From the NCBI GenBank assembly GCA_013265495.1, contig MU058781.1, positions 3,287,050 to 3,351,049 on the forward strand: a stretch of 64,000 nucleotides of DNA, in the 5' to 3' direction. Positions within the stretch are counted from its first letter, which is position 1. Each line of letters begins with the position of its first letter. This DNA comes from Vicugna vicugna (Eukaryota). The notes beneath the pieces are model-generated. The model worked only from the letters and a program-made list of their open reading frames with translations, ran no database searches and was not told where the DNA came from. The position numbers and the translations under genes are program-made. Of the stretch, positions 13,069-27,699 are shown in pieces.

Positions 13069-15725
13069 CAGGAGAAACTAGGTTTCATTGAGGTTTGATT
13101 TGAATCTGTGAGAGACACTGTTTATTTACATCAAGAGTATCAGACCCTAGGGTCTGCGGTTTTAAGATGAACAAAGAGCCTACGTTGTTTAAAGATTGTT
13201 GCTTTGGATTAACACAAGACTTGGGAGTTCATTTCCAATTTACATAAAGACGTTCCATTCCCAGCACAAGTGTATTCTGTAAATTAAAGGAACAGTAGAA
13301 TGTTTTGTAAGTTTTTGTAGTCATTACATGCTTTAGTGGTTGAAGGTTAGATTCCTGGGAGATGAAACAGGAATTTTGTTTTGTATATTACAGGAAGAAT
13401 TTTGATAACATCTAATATCTCAGTAAATATAACACAGACCTGTACAAATTTGCATTTAAATAAGACTTTTCCCTCCCTGTCTAGTCTGTTGGCAGTGTTC
13501 TTTATCCATTGACTACCTGTGGTCATGGAATAGGAATAGCCTCTCAGCACAGTACTTACAAAACAGAAAGTACTTGACGGAATAGTTTCCTTTCAAAGTA
13601 TATGAATTACCATTGTACCCTAGAAATTTTTTTTAATGTTAGCCAAATTTGAGTACAAGTTTTTAAGTTTATGGCCCCTGCTTTGACCAGGCTTAGAGCC
13701 TAACTAGTTGCAATCTTAGCTGAAGGAGCACATTTATCAATAGCCCCAGCAAAATCTATAATTGAATCTTATTGCCTAGTGAGGCCCAGTTGCTCATCCC
13801 TGAATGAATTACCAGGGGTGGGAAGGTGGGTGAAGAATGCAGTGTTCTGATTGGCCAGTGCTGAATCACGTGCCCGCCTCTGGAGTCAGGAGTGAGATCA
13901 TCCTTTCCTGAACTGTCAGAACTGGAAGTGGAGGAGAGGTGGTTCTCCAGAGGAGAACCAGGAAGCCCAGGCCAGCTCTGCCAAAAAGAACTCTTGTCCA
14001 TCAGCAGCTATTAGGTGGTAGGTTCTGGATCTGAACCCACAGCCCCCTGGCTTCAGAGCTAACATTCTTTCCCACACACAACATATAGCGTTTTCTAAGT
14101 ATAGCAGGTCTGAGTTTAATCCAGGCCAAACTGGCACCTCCTGAGCTCCTGATTGTAGCCTATGTCTGCACTGAACCCTTTAGTATGTCCCAGCCCTTAC
14201 AGGCTTACATGTGTTCTGTAAATCAGGCAACCTTTTTTGGGCAGTAGAACTTCCACTGCCCCCATGGCCGCCTCCTCTAATGCCCAGTCCTCCTGCCCTC
14301 TCCACCCCCATCTCCATCCCATTCCTCAGCTCCAGGGACTAGGATAAAAATGCATCACTCTTGTTTTTTAAACAGACATTGTAGTTAACACAGATCCATC
14401 CTAGATTAGACAGAAACTCTTCAAAGAGATCTGGCCTCTATAGGAGAGGGTGCTATGACTTCTTTTGGAGTGAAAAAGGGAAAGCACTGCCCTCTTAGGC
14501 CTGATGATTCATATCAATTCTCCATTTCCCTGCAATAAGGTATCGATAAAACTGAAAGTGCACTTAAAAAAGGGGGAAAGCCATAGTCGTTGAGAACTTT
14601 CTCAATGGCTAGGGACCTGAGTGACATCATTTTGCAGCTGTAAGAAAAGATAATGCTGCTTGAGGCAGAAAGGTGACAGTTTTAGACCCTGGACAGCTCA
14701 GTGTAGTTAGTGACAGCTAACTGCACCTCCACCCACCCCCTCCCCGTCTTTGGCTCCCTTTCCTAGGATGGTGAGATTTGGCAAGAACATAACCCCTTCC
14801 CATGAGATTGGAAGGAAAAATGAATGTTATCGGATCCTGCTACATTAGCATTCAGTTTGGGGGTTCTCTTTGGCTTGAGAAGCAAGTATCCAACCTCTGA
14901 AATCTCAAGTCCTCCAAAAATCCTAAGAGCACTTGGCACGTAGAGAGATCTGAGTGGGGACCCCAGACCTCCTGGCCTGTCTGCCTCTTCTGTTGACAAG
15001 ACCTCATACAGCACAGATACCTTGGCTTCCTTTTTCCGAAAGTTCTCGGGGGTCACTGAATGACTAACACTTCCTAGGTCAGCAGGACACCAAAGTTGGT
15101 GCTTTCGTTGGATAAGCCTTTGGAAAACTAACCCACCAGGAGAAATACAGTGGTAAGGGTGTCAGCTGAAGTGACCCTTGCCCACCCTTCCTCCTTGCCT
15201 GCTCTGAGAGCCCCCTAGCTTACCCTGAGGGGTGGCATCAGAGCACAAACAGACACAGCTACTTGGATTCCTGGGGATTAAAATCATGCACCCATCAGGT
15301 GTTTTGTTGCCTGCTTTTCTTTAGAAAAAAGAGAAAGAAAAATCACCCCCCAACCATTTCCCTCCATATGGATAAAGCAAATTCCAGTCTTGTCATGAAA
15401 GGGAGCCCAGACAGTCTAGTCTCTTAGAAGAATGTTTTCTTGGATGGAGGCTCTGGAAAGACCCCAGAGATCATCTGATTCAGGCTCCCCCAACCCCTCA
15501 GCTCTCTGAATGAGCTCAGCTGCCCAGCTTCCTGCCTTTGGGTTCAGCATTTTCCATCCTGGCAGCTGACACTTGAGTTGATTCACGGCTAAGTGAGCAT
15601 TTTCTCCAGACAGCTGTCTCCTCTCTCAGCAGCAGGAGGGAGCCACCTTTGAGAGCAGAGGGCTTGGGCAAAGCAGCCTTTTCTTGATCTGCTTCAAAAG
15701 AAGGCTGTTTTGTATGTAGATTTGA

Positions 15726-16380
15726 CAAAAAACTAAAAATAGACTTACCATATGACCCAGCAATCCCACTCCTGGGCATATATCCAGAGGGAACTCTAAT
15801 ATGAAAAGATACATGCACCCCAATGTTCATAGCAGCACAATATAAAATAGCCAAGACATGGAAGCAACCTAAATGTCCATCGACAGATGACTGGATAAAG
15901 CAGTTGTTGTATATTCATACAATGGAATACTACTCAGCCATAAAAAAGACTAAAATAATGTCATTTGCAACAACATGGATGGATCTGGAGAATGTCATTC
16001 TAAGTGAAGTAAGCCAGAAAGAGAAAGAAAAATACTGTATGATATCACTCATATGTAGTATCTAAAAAAAATAAAAAGGTACTAATGACCTCATCTACAA
16101 AACAGAAACAGACTGACAGACATAGTAAACAATCTTATGGTCACCGGCAGTGGAAAGGGATAAATTAGGAGTTTGAGATTTGCAAATATCTACTGTATAT
16201 AAAAATAGATAAACAAATTTCTTCTGTATAGTGCAGGAAACCATATTCAGTATCTTGTAGTAACCTTTAGTGAAAAAGAATGTGAAAACGAATATATATG
16301 TATATGTATGACTGAAACATGCTGTACACCAGAAACTGACACATTATAACTGACTATACTTCAATCTAAAAAAAAAAAAA
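15726..16380 (+). mobile_element. 5'-truncated young L1 (ORF2 C-terminus, 3' UTR, poly-A)
   Basis: ORF 15823-16065 MFIAAQYKIAKTWKQPKCPSTDDWIK...YYSAIKK is the L1 ORF2p C-terminus; A-tail at 16368-16380. Confidence 0.95.
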
Positions 16381-19300
16381 GCTTTTTCCATAAACACACC
16401 TTCTCTATCCCGTTCTCTCTCATGTCCCTCCTATTGGTCGGACGGAGGCCACTTTATTCCAAGACTATTTTGTTTTCTTGTTTATCTTCCTCTTCAAACT
16501 GTATTTGCAGTTGGCCTCTTTCCTCACTCTGAACTTCCGATTTCATTATCTGGTGGCAAAACAAACAGGTTTTGATCAGGTTAACTCTATCATCAAATGG
16601 GTTGGGGGGTGGGGGAAGACTTGTAGATGATTAAACTATAAATCAGTTAAACTTAAAATAATCCAGTCTGCTCAAAAAAATCTGTACGTGAGGGCTAAAC
16701 ATCTTGAATTTAATAATACTCTTCTTAAGGGCTCCGTTAACTGTGGAGTTATAATTAGGCCTTTATAACACTTTGTCAGCTCATTGCCACTCTCAATTTT
16801 TCAAAGGCATTCCTAATTTCTTATAATTATTTTAACATGGTAATTTCAGAATCATTTTTATTCAGTCCTGGAAGATGTGATTATGAAACAGCCTTTTGGT
16901 CCTAGTACTGCATTTTTTTTAAGTCGAATAGTGACACTGATTTTCATACCTCTCGAGATGGTGTGAATTAGCTGAATCAAATGCTCTCATTCATTTACTT
17001 ATTTAACAAATCATTGTGGAGTGCCAACTATGAGTGCTAATAGAGTTATTCAATCCTGAATAACTTGTATCGTGATTTTTTTTTTTTTTGGCTCCAGTAT
17101 ATACTCTTCCTCTTTAATCCTTAGCAGAAGATGTTTTAAGTCAGGTGAACTCATAGAAGCCTCAACCTGGATACTTTAAGTCTAAGACACAATCTTTTGG
17201 AGATTCAAAAGAAAGATGGAAACTCTTCCAACCAAATGCATATACTCAAATAGACGTGAACGTTTGCATATAATTTCAGTGGTTTGCGTGCCCCCCACCC
17301 TGCCCCACCACAGAGCCCATTGGGATCCAGGCAGTGTTTCATTTTGGCTGCAGCGTGTGTTTAGAGAGTTACTGTTAGATTGTTTGGGGCAGGAAACTCA
17401 GATGGAGGTTCCTGAAGATCAAGGCAAAAGATTAGAACTTTCTACTGTAAGTTGTGGGGGGCACTGAAAGTTTCTGAGAAAAGTAGCCTTCTGGAAGAGT
17501 ATCAACAATTTAAAATACAGATCTGAAGGCAGGAGACTTGATTTGGGAAGGTAGGCTTGGAGACTTGCAAAATCTGGACAAGTAACAATGAGATTATCAA
17601 CTAAGGTAAGAAAATTTAAAACGGCGATGGGTGTAAAATAGAAGGCAATCTTGTGGGAATCAGATGGCTAGACTGTCTTGGCTTTATTTCCATCCTGGAC
17701 TCAAAAGCTCCTTGATTTGGGTTCCCACGACTGTCATTGTGTGGCTCTTCGCAACTACGGAGCGTTCTTGAGGGAGCACCAACTCAAGCAGCTGACACCA
17801 TTTAAAGAGAATGATTTCCAAATTCAGTGTTGCTCCAGAGGCTGTTTACTTGCTCCGTTTGGCTTCCTTCTGCTTCCCCAGTGTAGCTGGTTTCTTAAAC
17901 CACTCTCCCTAGCCAAGTCTCCTCTATCTTTATCTTCCTTTTAGCCTCCAGTAATTCATTTCACCCGCTGCCGCCAGATTAATCTTCTCGAGGCCCACAT
18001 GTGGTCCTGCCATTTGTGATCGGAGACCTCAGTTCAGACTTCGATAACTCAGAGTAAAGTCTTCCGACGACTAACTTCTATAAGTGCTTTTGACGCCTCC
18101 TCTTCTCTTCCCTAAGAAGCTGGCTTCACAGATTTCTCAACCACTTTCGTACATCTTCAGTCTCTTTCTTTCCACTGGCTCTTGCAGCTCAGCCTACGGA
18201 CGTGATCCAGTCACCCAATCAGTCACTGGGTCCTGCTGACTTGACTTCTCAGACGTCTCTCAAATTTATCTCCTTCCTCTCAGTCTTGCCCAGGAGACTA
18301 CCAACCAGTGCATCACCATCGCACATGGTTGAGATTCCCTGAATATCTGTTGAATATTGAATCTCCTGAGTTAAAACCATATCAGACGATAGCGGGTAGA
18401 CTATCAGGCTGCAAGGCTGAGCTTCCGAGAACAGCCTGTGTTGCAAATTTAGGAGACTTTCCTGAAGGACAGTGTTAGAGTCTCAACAGTGTGGTTCTGG
18501 ATTGGCCGCAGCTTTAAATGTAAGTGGACTTTCTGGAAAGCCCCTCCTACCCTCCTTGATTTTGCCAAGGAGGTTATTTTCTCTGATTATTCCTGTCTTA
18601 AAAGTTCAAGTCAGGGTCTGTTTGCCTCATAGACATGTGCATGCTCATGTACATCGGAAAAGAGTTTGTTGTATTCCAAGTGATGGGTGCGGTCAGAGTG
18701 GTTGTGGCCCTTAAGAAAGGGTCCACTGGGCATTATGAGTATGAAGGTCTTCATGTCCTCAAATCTCAAGTTAATTGGGGTTAATCTAGATGGTACCTGG
18801 TATCACTCTTGATTCTCAATTTCTAAGAATTTTAAAAAATTGCTAGAGCAAAGCACCGGGAACTAAAAGACTTAGAGGAGTTAAGGCAGTTGTAGAATCT
18901 AACGAAGCGTGAGTGATTCTAAAATGGGTCGGTCCGTGGGTTTTAAGGTGGAGCCACCCACTCGACAGGTTCCTCTGCTTCTGCAGGCCTGAGTAAAGCA
19001 TGGCGCTAGGAGAGAGTGCTGGGTGGCGGAGACCTTGGCCTTGGAATAGACCACTGATAAAGGTCTTCTCCCTCCTCTTTTCTCAGCGGATGGTGTTGTA
19101 GTGATTGCATCCTCCAAGTCTAATTTGAGGAATTGCTGGACCGGTAGTTGGACTGACTCTTCCGCTGCCCTGTCCCTGCCTTGTGGGGAGTTTCTGATAT
19201 GTCAGGAGGCCTCTGTTCCTCCTCCTCCACCTCCGTGTCTTCCTTCCCAAGCTTAGGTTAAGGTTGGGCAAATTTGGTTGGGGTGTTCCGAATCCCTAGG

Positions 19301-19439
19301 GTTTGGCTGACTGTCACCAGCCTTTGGAACACGTTGGTATGACTTCCATTCCAAAAGGCAGAAAGAGAGACGGAAGTTCAGTCATGTGGTTTCTGTTATC
19401 TGTAACCATGGAAAACATTGGCCATCTGTGAGGCTCCCA

Positions 19440-19694
<255 letters not shown>

Positions 19695-20214
19695 TGACAT
19701 CAACTCTCTGTGTTCATTAGTAGAATTTAATTACTGTAGACTATCTGAACCCAAGGGAAAAATCAAGCCTTGGCATTGCTCTTGTGTTAAATAATTCTTC
19801 AATGTGATTGAGAATGGCTTTTAGATCCCATGTGTTCTCTCTTGTCTCAGGATTTTTGTTGTTGTTTTTCCGTTTAAAAAACCACCACTTTTATTGGCTC
19901 TATGAATATCTGGGCTTAGAGCCCCACCTTTCCCATAAGTGAATGCGTTCGTTCTGGCATTGACAATCCATTTCTTACCCTTCACCCTTATTTTCACTGC
20001 TCCGGTAAAAATCTGCACCGAGCAGGAAGTAAGTTATATATGGTCGTTGGCAGATAGGAATAGGTTATTTCTTGGAGGAAGAATCTTGAATAAATAATTT
20101 CTGGACATGGCAGGAGAATGCAGGAGAATGGAAAGGAAGCAGCGTTGTAATAATGAAGATAAGCAGACAGTGTGTGGCTGAGCGGGCCGCAGAGGGATTG
20201 GGGGAAGCCAGCGT

Positions 20215-20420
20215 GGCTGAGGTGGGAAGAGCACAGACCCGGGGTCAGATGGCCTGGGTTCAGGTCCCAGCTCTGACGCGTGGTGGCTGCAGGACCTTGC
20301 TCAGCTGAGCTCTGTGCCCCAGCTTCCCTGTCTGTAAGACAGGTCAGAATAGCACCCGACACGACTGAGTACCGTGGGGTGTTCATGAGGCACGTTATGT
20401 GGGTATTTTTTTCAGTAAGC
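20215..20420 (+). mobile_element. MIR SINE
   Basis: cctgggttcaggtcccagctctg ... tctgtgccccagcttccctgtctgtaa. Confidence 0.7.
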
Positions 20421-21712
20421 AAGGGTATTGCAGAGGGAGATGTACAGGGAAAGAAACCCAAAGAGTTCTGATTTCACCCTGTTGGGTTTGAGATAAGATG
20501 ATGAAAGAGCGATGTAGATTGTTTTTTCTGTTCTGTGTACCGATTTTGGTGTTGATGTGCCCAGGTCATTCCATTGCCTCTTCTTGTGCGTCCTCAAAAA
20601 CTTGGCTTGCTCTCTCTCCTCGTCTGAATCATCACCTCCGCTATTTCTTAGTCGTCTTCCCCTTTGACTCGCCCCCAGACTGACCGTGAAATAGGAAATG
20701 ATATGCTTCTCTTCCCTGAACAACTAGTCCACAGATCTGAGAATTTTCATGCTAGTTGCTTTGGGGAATGAAAGAGAGACCCAAACATAGGAAAGTTGCA
20801 GAATATCTTGAAATCTTTAACAGTTCTCAGTAGACATCTCTACTTCGTGCTTTCTGACTGTTTCTCAGATGGAAGCCCCAATGCCCTGTTGCTATAATTT
20901 GTTCTTTCCTGAGATTAGAGTGAACTTCCGAATTCCATGAATCTCTAAAATGTCACCCCTCTGGATGCATCTCTTCCCCTGACTGCATTCTCCCCCTGTT
21001 GTCAATATTGTACAGTGTTAAGGTGTCATCAAATGTGTAGGTCATTCACATATTTCAAAACACTCCTGAGAGATTTACATGCAAGCAAAACTCTGAATGG
21101 GTGACTCCTCTGTATCCCCTCTGTATCCCCAACAGACAGAAAAGGGCACTTAGATCATTGCCTTGGAGAGGAGAAATCTAAACGAAGTCTCTTCTTAGGC
21201 AAAGAACAGGAAAGAAGGAGGGAGTGTTCTGTAAGCACTGGGAAAAATCGTAGCAAAGGTTCCACAAGTTCCTTTACATTGGTCTTCCTGACTTTACAGT
21301 GAAAGTGGTTCATAATAATACAAACATGCATTTAAAGAATGGCCGTTTATCAGCATGAAAGCCTGATTGGTGCCTTTCCTCCTGGCATTCAGGAGCTTTG
21401 CTTAGTCCATGTAGCAAGACCGCAGGGCGGAGCTCTGGCGCTTCTCACCTGAAAAGCCGCCCAGACCATTATGCGGACTTCTTTAAGATGTCAGAAGACT
21501 TGTCCTCTGATGGATACAAATACGGTGGCGTCAAACTTCCGATGAACCATTAAAAAGCCCACCATTTAAAACTCTTTTGGGAGAAAGAATTCAAACATGA
21601 AACAGGCAAAGCAGCAGCTTTAATCATTCTTATTATTCCCTATTCTTACAAAGTTCTTACATTCCCAGACTGGTTAATTTGGCAGCTGAGTGTGATACTT
21701 GTATGTGGTTTT

Positions 21713-22135
21713 TAAATTTTTTGTTGTGATACAGTTGATTTATAATATTGTGTGTTAGTTTCAGGCGTATAGCAAAGTGATTTGGGTACACATACATATG
21801 TTCTTTTTTCAAATATTTTCCATTATAGTTTATTACAAGATACTGAATATAGTTCCCTGAGCTATACAGGAAATCCTTGTTTCTCTGTTTTGTATATGGT
21901 AGTGTGCATCTGTTAATCCCATACTCCCAATTTATCCCTCCCCCCCTTCCCTTTGGTAACCAGAAGTTTGTTTTCTATGTCTGTGAGTCTGTTTCTGTTT
22001 TGTAAATAAGTTTACTGACACTTTTTTTTTCAAGATTCCACATATAGGCGATACCGGGTAATATTTGTCTTTCTCTGTCTGACAAGTTGCTGCAGATGGC
22101 ATTGTTTCATTCATTTTTATGGCTGAGTAACATTC

Positions 22136-22170
<35 letters not shown>

Positions 22171-22174
22171 CACC
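21713..22174 (-). mobile_element. 5'-truncated L1 3' end with 13-bp TSD
   Basis: Antisense L1 3' UTR/ORF2 end (ECYSAIKMNETMPSAAT); TSD tgtatgtggtttt at 21700-21712 and 22175-22187. Confidence 0.92.
22138..22167. repeat. (GT)n microsatellite inside L1
   Basis: About 15 uninterrupted GT units. Confidence 0.95.
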
Positions 22175-23599
22175 TGTATGTGGTTTTGTTTTAAAGAGAC
22201 GTTCAGCTCCTGATGAGAGAAAATAGAGGATAGACAATAGGATATTGGTCTATCCTGCTATGTGGATGGTTGTAGTTTTGTTTTTGTTTTTGAGTCAGTG
22301 GTTTACACTGTAGTATCCTTTGTTCTTAACTGGACTCAGAAATACTATTCCATATTTTTGCAGAGGAGAGACTTTCTGTGCTAGTTCTTAGCCCCAAAGA
22401 GAAAAATAATTGACAATTTAAGGATGTTTAACATGATAAATTGTGTATATGTTCAAGTAATACTTTGAAGTGCAGACTTCCCTGTGTATGAATAAGAGTC
22501 AAATGCTAAATATACAAGAGGATTGACTGAATAGGAATGTGAATTGGTTGGTCAGTTTTAGCTGGTGTGCATATATTTGTCTTGTATGTGTGTGTATGTA
22601 ATGTCTTTCCATATGTACAGTGATTGCCACAATTTTAAATAAAAAGAGTAAGTCTAGATATTAAATTTACATTATGTATTTGTATTTAAAGTTGTATGCT
22701 TTCTTGAATACACCAAAGGGCATTAACACAATGCGTACTTGGCCTATTATTATCTCCACAATGAGTTACATTTATAATTTGCCATAATGAGCTATACTGT
22801 ACTTTTACTGTAACTCAGGTTACAGGATGTGTGTCTGTGTATACAGCATTTTCAAAGGTACACCCAGAAATCTTGCTTTGGAAGTTGTATTAGCAATAAG
22901 AAAGTTACATTAGAAAATTATGATCACAACGTTTTCCTCAATTTTGGCATCAACAATTACATGAAGTTTTCAAAGACAGATCTCCATGTCCCATGCTGCT
23001 CAGACATCTTCCTATCCTAAGCTGAAGTCCAGCATCCTTAAAAGCCCTTGAGCACTGGCCCCTGGATGGTGGTGAAAGTGTTATAAGACAAAGAGTTTCT
23101 CTCAGAATCATCCCTGCATCACATGACAGTAGGAGTGAAACAGTAATGGATAGAACATGAAATAATGGGTCCTCAGGGAGATGATCCTGACAGGCCTTTC
23201 AGCCTGTCCTTACGGGCCCTGCCCAGGGCCTGTGAAGCAATTAGCCTGTCACGCCCCACGTCTCCTGTGGGAATCAGCAACAGGTGTCCATGAAACATCC
23301 CCACACCTGCCGCAGGAACAAAGACAGATGACAACATCCCCTCTGAAATAGAACCGACAGTGCCTCCCCCAAAATAGTCAACTGCGGACATCATATCCAA
23401 CTTCCTTGAAAATGAGGACTGTATTTATAGAAAAGCAGAACTGGCAGGAATCAACTGTGAAGATACCATTGTGGACTTTTGTTTCCTCTTGACAGGAAAT
23501 CACAAACTGCAAGAGTTGGCCCTAAAATTTACAATGTGCCAAAATTCCCTTTGTGTTTCTGAGCTTTCCTGCATCCCTAGAGCCTTGAGCAAAAAAACA

Positions 23600-26270
23600 A
23601 AAACAAAACTTTTCTTGAGTGCCTACCACATGCTGAAACTAGAGCTGGCCCTGGGAATGTGACTGTGAGAAAACCAGACCTTGTTGGTGAGCTCATGGCA
23701 TGCATGGTGTTGTTGGAGATGCAGACGATCAAATCACAAGAGTAAAGGTTAAGATCACAGCTGTGATAAGGACAGTGAAGGGAAGGTACCTGGAAGAGTG
23801 AAGGGGTGTTTGACTCAGCCTGAGGGATCAGGGAAACTTCCCTGAAGAAGAGAAGTTTGAACTGGGAACTGAAGGAGGGACAGGAATTTAGAAAATTATA
23901 CTCTAGGTAGCAGAAACAGCATGTGCAAAGGCCCTGTGGTGGAAGAAGCAGGGGTGAGCAACCTAGGAAGGCAAGAAGACCAGTGGCCAGAGAATGGAGA
24001 GTGAGGAATATGGGGTGGGCTGAGACTGGAGAGGTAACCAGAGACTGGACCCTTGCTGGGCCTGTATCCCATAGAACAAATTAGACAAAAGTGTGAATGG
24101 CTGCAGGAAAGCCAGTTAGGAGGCCATTGTGTGGACAGTAGTAGCTTGGACTAATATTTGGAGACAGAAATGGGTGGATTTGGGAGATGTTATAAGAAAC
24201 AAGTGACAGAACTTAGCAACAGGTCAGATAAAGAAGGAAAAGAGAAACATCAGGTTTGATGCTCTTGTGTTAGTTTAGGGTATATGCTGGTGGCCTTACC
24301 TGAAATGAGTCCTTTGAAAGAGTGACAGGTTTGGAGGAGCAGGGCGAGTAGGGAAGTGCAGGAGATATGATTCTAATTTTAGGTCCCTATTTGTGTTGAC
24401 TTTGTGGTACCAAAGTTGGTAGTGAAACACATGGAAGGCAAAGGAGAGGGCTTAGCTAGATTTATTAATTTTGGGATTATTAGCATTCCTATGTTGATTA
24501 GAGTAATGAGCATGTATGAGATTGGCAAGGGAACAAGTGGAGAATGGAAATAAAAGTGGGTCAAAGACTGTCTTACAGACAAAGGAATGGTATCATCTCT
24601 GATGAGTGGATGGAGCAGCATGAATCTGTGCAAGAGAGAGAAAGGCAGTGGCTAGAGAGATTGGAGAGGAACCAGAAGAATGTGGTGAAAGGAGCCGGGA
24701 GAGGGAGAGTATCTCAAGGGAGGGTCTGGTCGGCTGTGTTCATTGCTGTGAAGAAGTCAGGGGAAAGAGGCACAGAAAAGTGCCCACTGACTTTAGTGAT
24801 TCTGATCAGCTAGAGGTCATTGATGAACTTAGCTAGAGGTGACTGGGTGGATTCTCTGAAGGTAGATGCCAGGTTAGTGTGGAGTGAGAAATTAATAGGA
24901 AAAGGGAAATAAGTTTTCAAAATGTCTGGCTGTGACGTGGGATAAAGAGTAGGACGAGAATGGACAGTGGAGGACCTGTGTTGTATCTACAGGGGCTTGT
25001 TACAAGTGTGCGTTTTGATTGGGAGGGGCTGTATGTGTGCCTTGTGATGTGGTGTTGTCATTGTCATTTTATGATGCAAGAGACATAAGCCTGAGAAGCC
25101 GATGTGGAAGATCCAGTGGAAAGAGTTGAAAAATACGAGACAGAAGGGTATGAATGCTGAGAAGTTGGGAGTAGTTGAGATGTGACGCACAGGTGGGAGA
25201 GTGAGCATCAGAAAAGGGTTGAAAACCTCCTCTGACGTGAGGCACTCGGAGGGGCTGGTTTCCTAGGTAGGTGGGAAATTGGGAGTAACCCTCATTTCTT
25301 CTAGGTAGTAAGGTTGGCTCGTAACAGGGAGCAGAGGAAGGGGACATGCAGAGTTAAGCCCATTTCAGATTGATGATTACGAGTGTCAACGACACTGGTG
25401 ACTTGATTTAGTGGCTTTGGCCAAGTGCAGTTATGGGTAAAGCACATAGTTGTGTCCGACAGGGCTGGAGCTTCGCCACGTGTATAAAAGGGAAAGAAGG
25501 AAGGGGGAAGATGATTTCAGTTTCCTGTGGCTGCTGTAACAGATCACCACAAACTTAGCAGTTGAGAACAACAAAAATTTATTCTCTCATAGTTCTGGAG
25601 GCTAGAAGTCCAAAATCAAGGTTGGCAGGGTCAGTTCTTCCCAGACGCTTTGAGGGAGAATCTGCCCCTTGTCTCTCTCCTAGCTCCTGGAGGCTGCCGG
25701 GCAGTCTTTAGTGTTCTCTAGCTTGCAGCTGCCTAACTCAAATCTCTGCCTCTGTCTTCGTGCGGCCCTTCCCCCAGGTCTCTCTGTGTCTCAAAGCTCC
25801 TTCCTCTTACAGAGGCACCAGATATTAGATTGAGTCCTCTCTCTATCCAGGATAATCTCATCCAGAGAGCCTTAACTTAGTTATTTGTGCAAAGACCTTA
25901 TTTCCAAATAAGATCATATTAAGGAGGGTTAAGACTTGGATCTATCTTTTAGGGGGATACAATTCAGCCCACTATAGTATTGGACTTTAAATTCGATAAG
26001 AAAGGAGAGGTCCAGTGGGTTGAGAGGAGTTAGAAAAATCAATAGACTTAAGTTCCAAAGAGGTCAAAGAATTTAAAGCAGTCAGTGGGAGCAGCTGCCG
26101 GAAGCGAGCCAGGACAGGAGCTTGTGGGGTCAGAGCTGCATTGTTGAATTTGTGATTTTGAACGTGGTGCAGTTATGGAGATAAAGCACAGACTAAAACC
26201 ATCGAAGTAGCTGACTGAGGTGGAGGAATTAAGTCTGGAAGTTACTGAAAATGCGGTAAATGATCCCATC
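23600..26270 (-). mobile_element. Long degraded L2, split by an MLT1 LTR
   Basis: ttgagtgcctaccacatgc, cagcatgtgcaaaggccctgtggtggg, ccagttaggaggccattg, gaggtcattgatgaacttag: typical antisense L2 motifs. Confidence 0.7.
25513..25976 (-). mobile_element. MLT1C/D-like MaLR solo LTR
   Basis: gtttcctgtggctgctgtaacagatcaccacaaact ... ggggatacaattcagcccactata. Confidence 0.85.
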
Positions 26271-27699
26271 AATTAATAGACAAACACACATCTTATTTGC
26301 AAAATTTTTGCTGGTTTAATTTTCCATATTCAATCAAGAAACAAAAGCATTCCTTTTTGATTACAGCGTTCAACTTATTGCTGAATTTATATTTTCTTGC
26401 AAAGATTCCTTTTTCTTTTTCCAATTGAGATGTTTCAGTCCATAATATTTTCAGGTCAGTAAAGTACCGCCATTTAATTGATTCATAGAAAATTGAAAGT
26501 TGCTTTTTAAGTATTCCCTCCAGCTCTTAGCAAACCCAGCGAACGTGGGTAAAGTTGTGCTGCAGTAGCAGCAACTTTCAAGCAGGAGTAATGGATCACC
26601 TGCTTCTCTGCCACACAGTTGGGAACCTGAGCACCATGGCCTCAGTTTTGCTCACAACAGCCCCACCCAACTGCCAGCGGTAATGAGGGGCCAGGCCTGA
26701 AATACATTGGGAGCCCCCTTCATACTTATGATGGGATCCAGGAGCGGGCTGTGTGATTGGCTGGTGTTTTCTGTGCAACACAATGTTGGTGTAACTGTGG
26801 GTAAGAGATTGTTAGGAACTCACCTGAGCATGGAGTTCCAGCCCTCTCATTAGGCCCCTCTGCTGTGGGTTCCACTTATCTCAAACCACCCCAACCCAAG
26901 AACAAGAGCAACCCTGAACCCTGGCCTGTTAGCTGACTGCTTCAGCTAGTTTCTGGCTGCTCCCTTCCCTCAGTGCCAGACTCTGCTTCCTATATTTTAC
27001 CCACAGATTCACCCAGAGTTACTGATGCTGTTAGCAACCACTAGTTTCGAGGAATCCCTTCCTGGGAAGCCCCTGTCCCTAGAATTGTTCCTCTTCAAAT
27101 AAAATTCCTTGGGCAGTGAAGATGGTCAGCACTGGATTCTGCCTTTGGACCTGGTGCGATGGGCTTCCTGGCTCTTCAGGATGAGTCTGTCCCTGAGTCT
27201 AGGATGGTTGGGCCCCATCTTAACCCTGCTTTGCTAAATCCTCTCCGTTAGGGATTCCCAGCGTGCTGTGGGATTGGGGGAGTACGTTTGCAATTCCTGG
27301 AAGGAAGTCCTAAACCCTAAGGTTTATATCGAGGATTAGCTTGACATCCTTTTCTAGTGTAGGACTGAAGATTCCTTTGATGAATGGAATCTTATGCATA
27401 AGACTGGCTGTGTCCACTGGGATTCTCACTGGCACCCCTCTTGAGCTGGAAGTTTCTATTCTTTCCATGTAGACAAAGAGATGAAACTGAGAGGTTGTTA
27501 ACACTGATGTTCAGGAATAGACACGTGTGCTTGGAAGAGAGTTGGTTTAGGCTTTTGTACCCTAACTTTAATGTTCTCTGGGAGCTCCCCTTTTTCAGGC
27601 TCACAAAGTGATGTTATCTACCTGGCCAGAGGTTGGGATTTCAGACTTCTGTAAACCATAGGGAGTTCAGAAATGATACCAGCTTGGCATGTTGCACTT

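Noticed and set aside
15823..16065. 80-aa ORF as a host gene
   Set aside because: It is the L1 ORF2p C-terminus in a truncated copy.
15700..16390. TSD for the 15.7-kb L1
   Set aside because: Only a loose match (aaggctgtttt vs aagcttttt); not supportable.
17044..17065. 9-bp AT-rich hairpin agttattca/tgaataact
   Set aside because: Expected by chance in 64 kb of AT-rich DNA.
21109..21130. Short tandem duplications (here ctctgtatccc x2; also 1521-1540 and 36951-36968)
   Set aside because: Ordinary slippage events with no sign of function.
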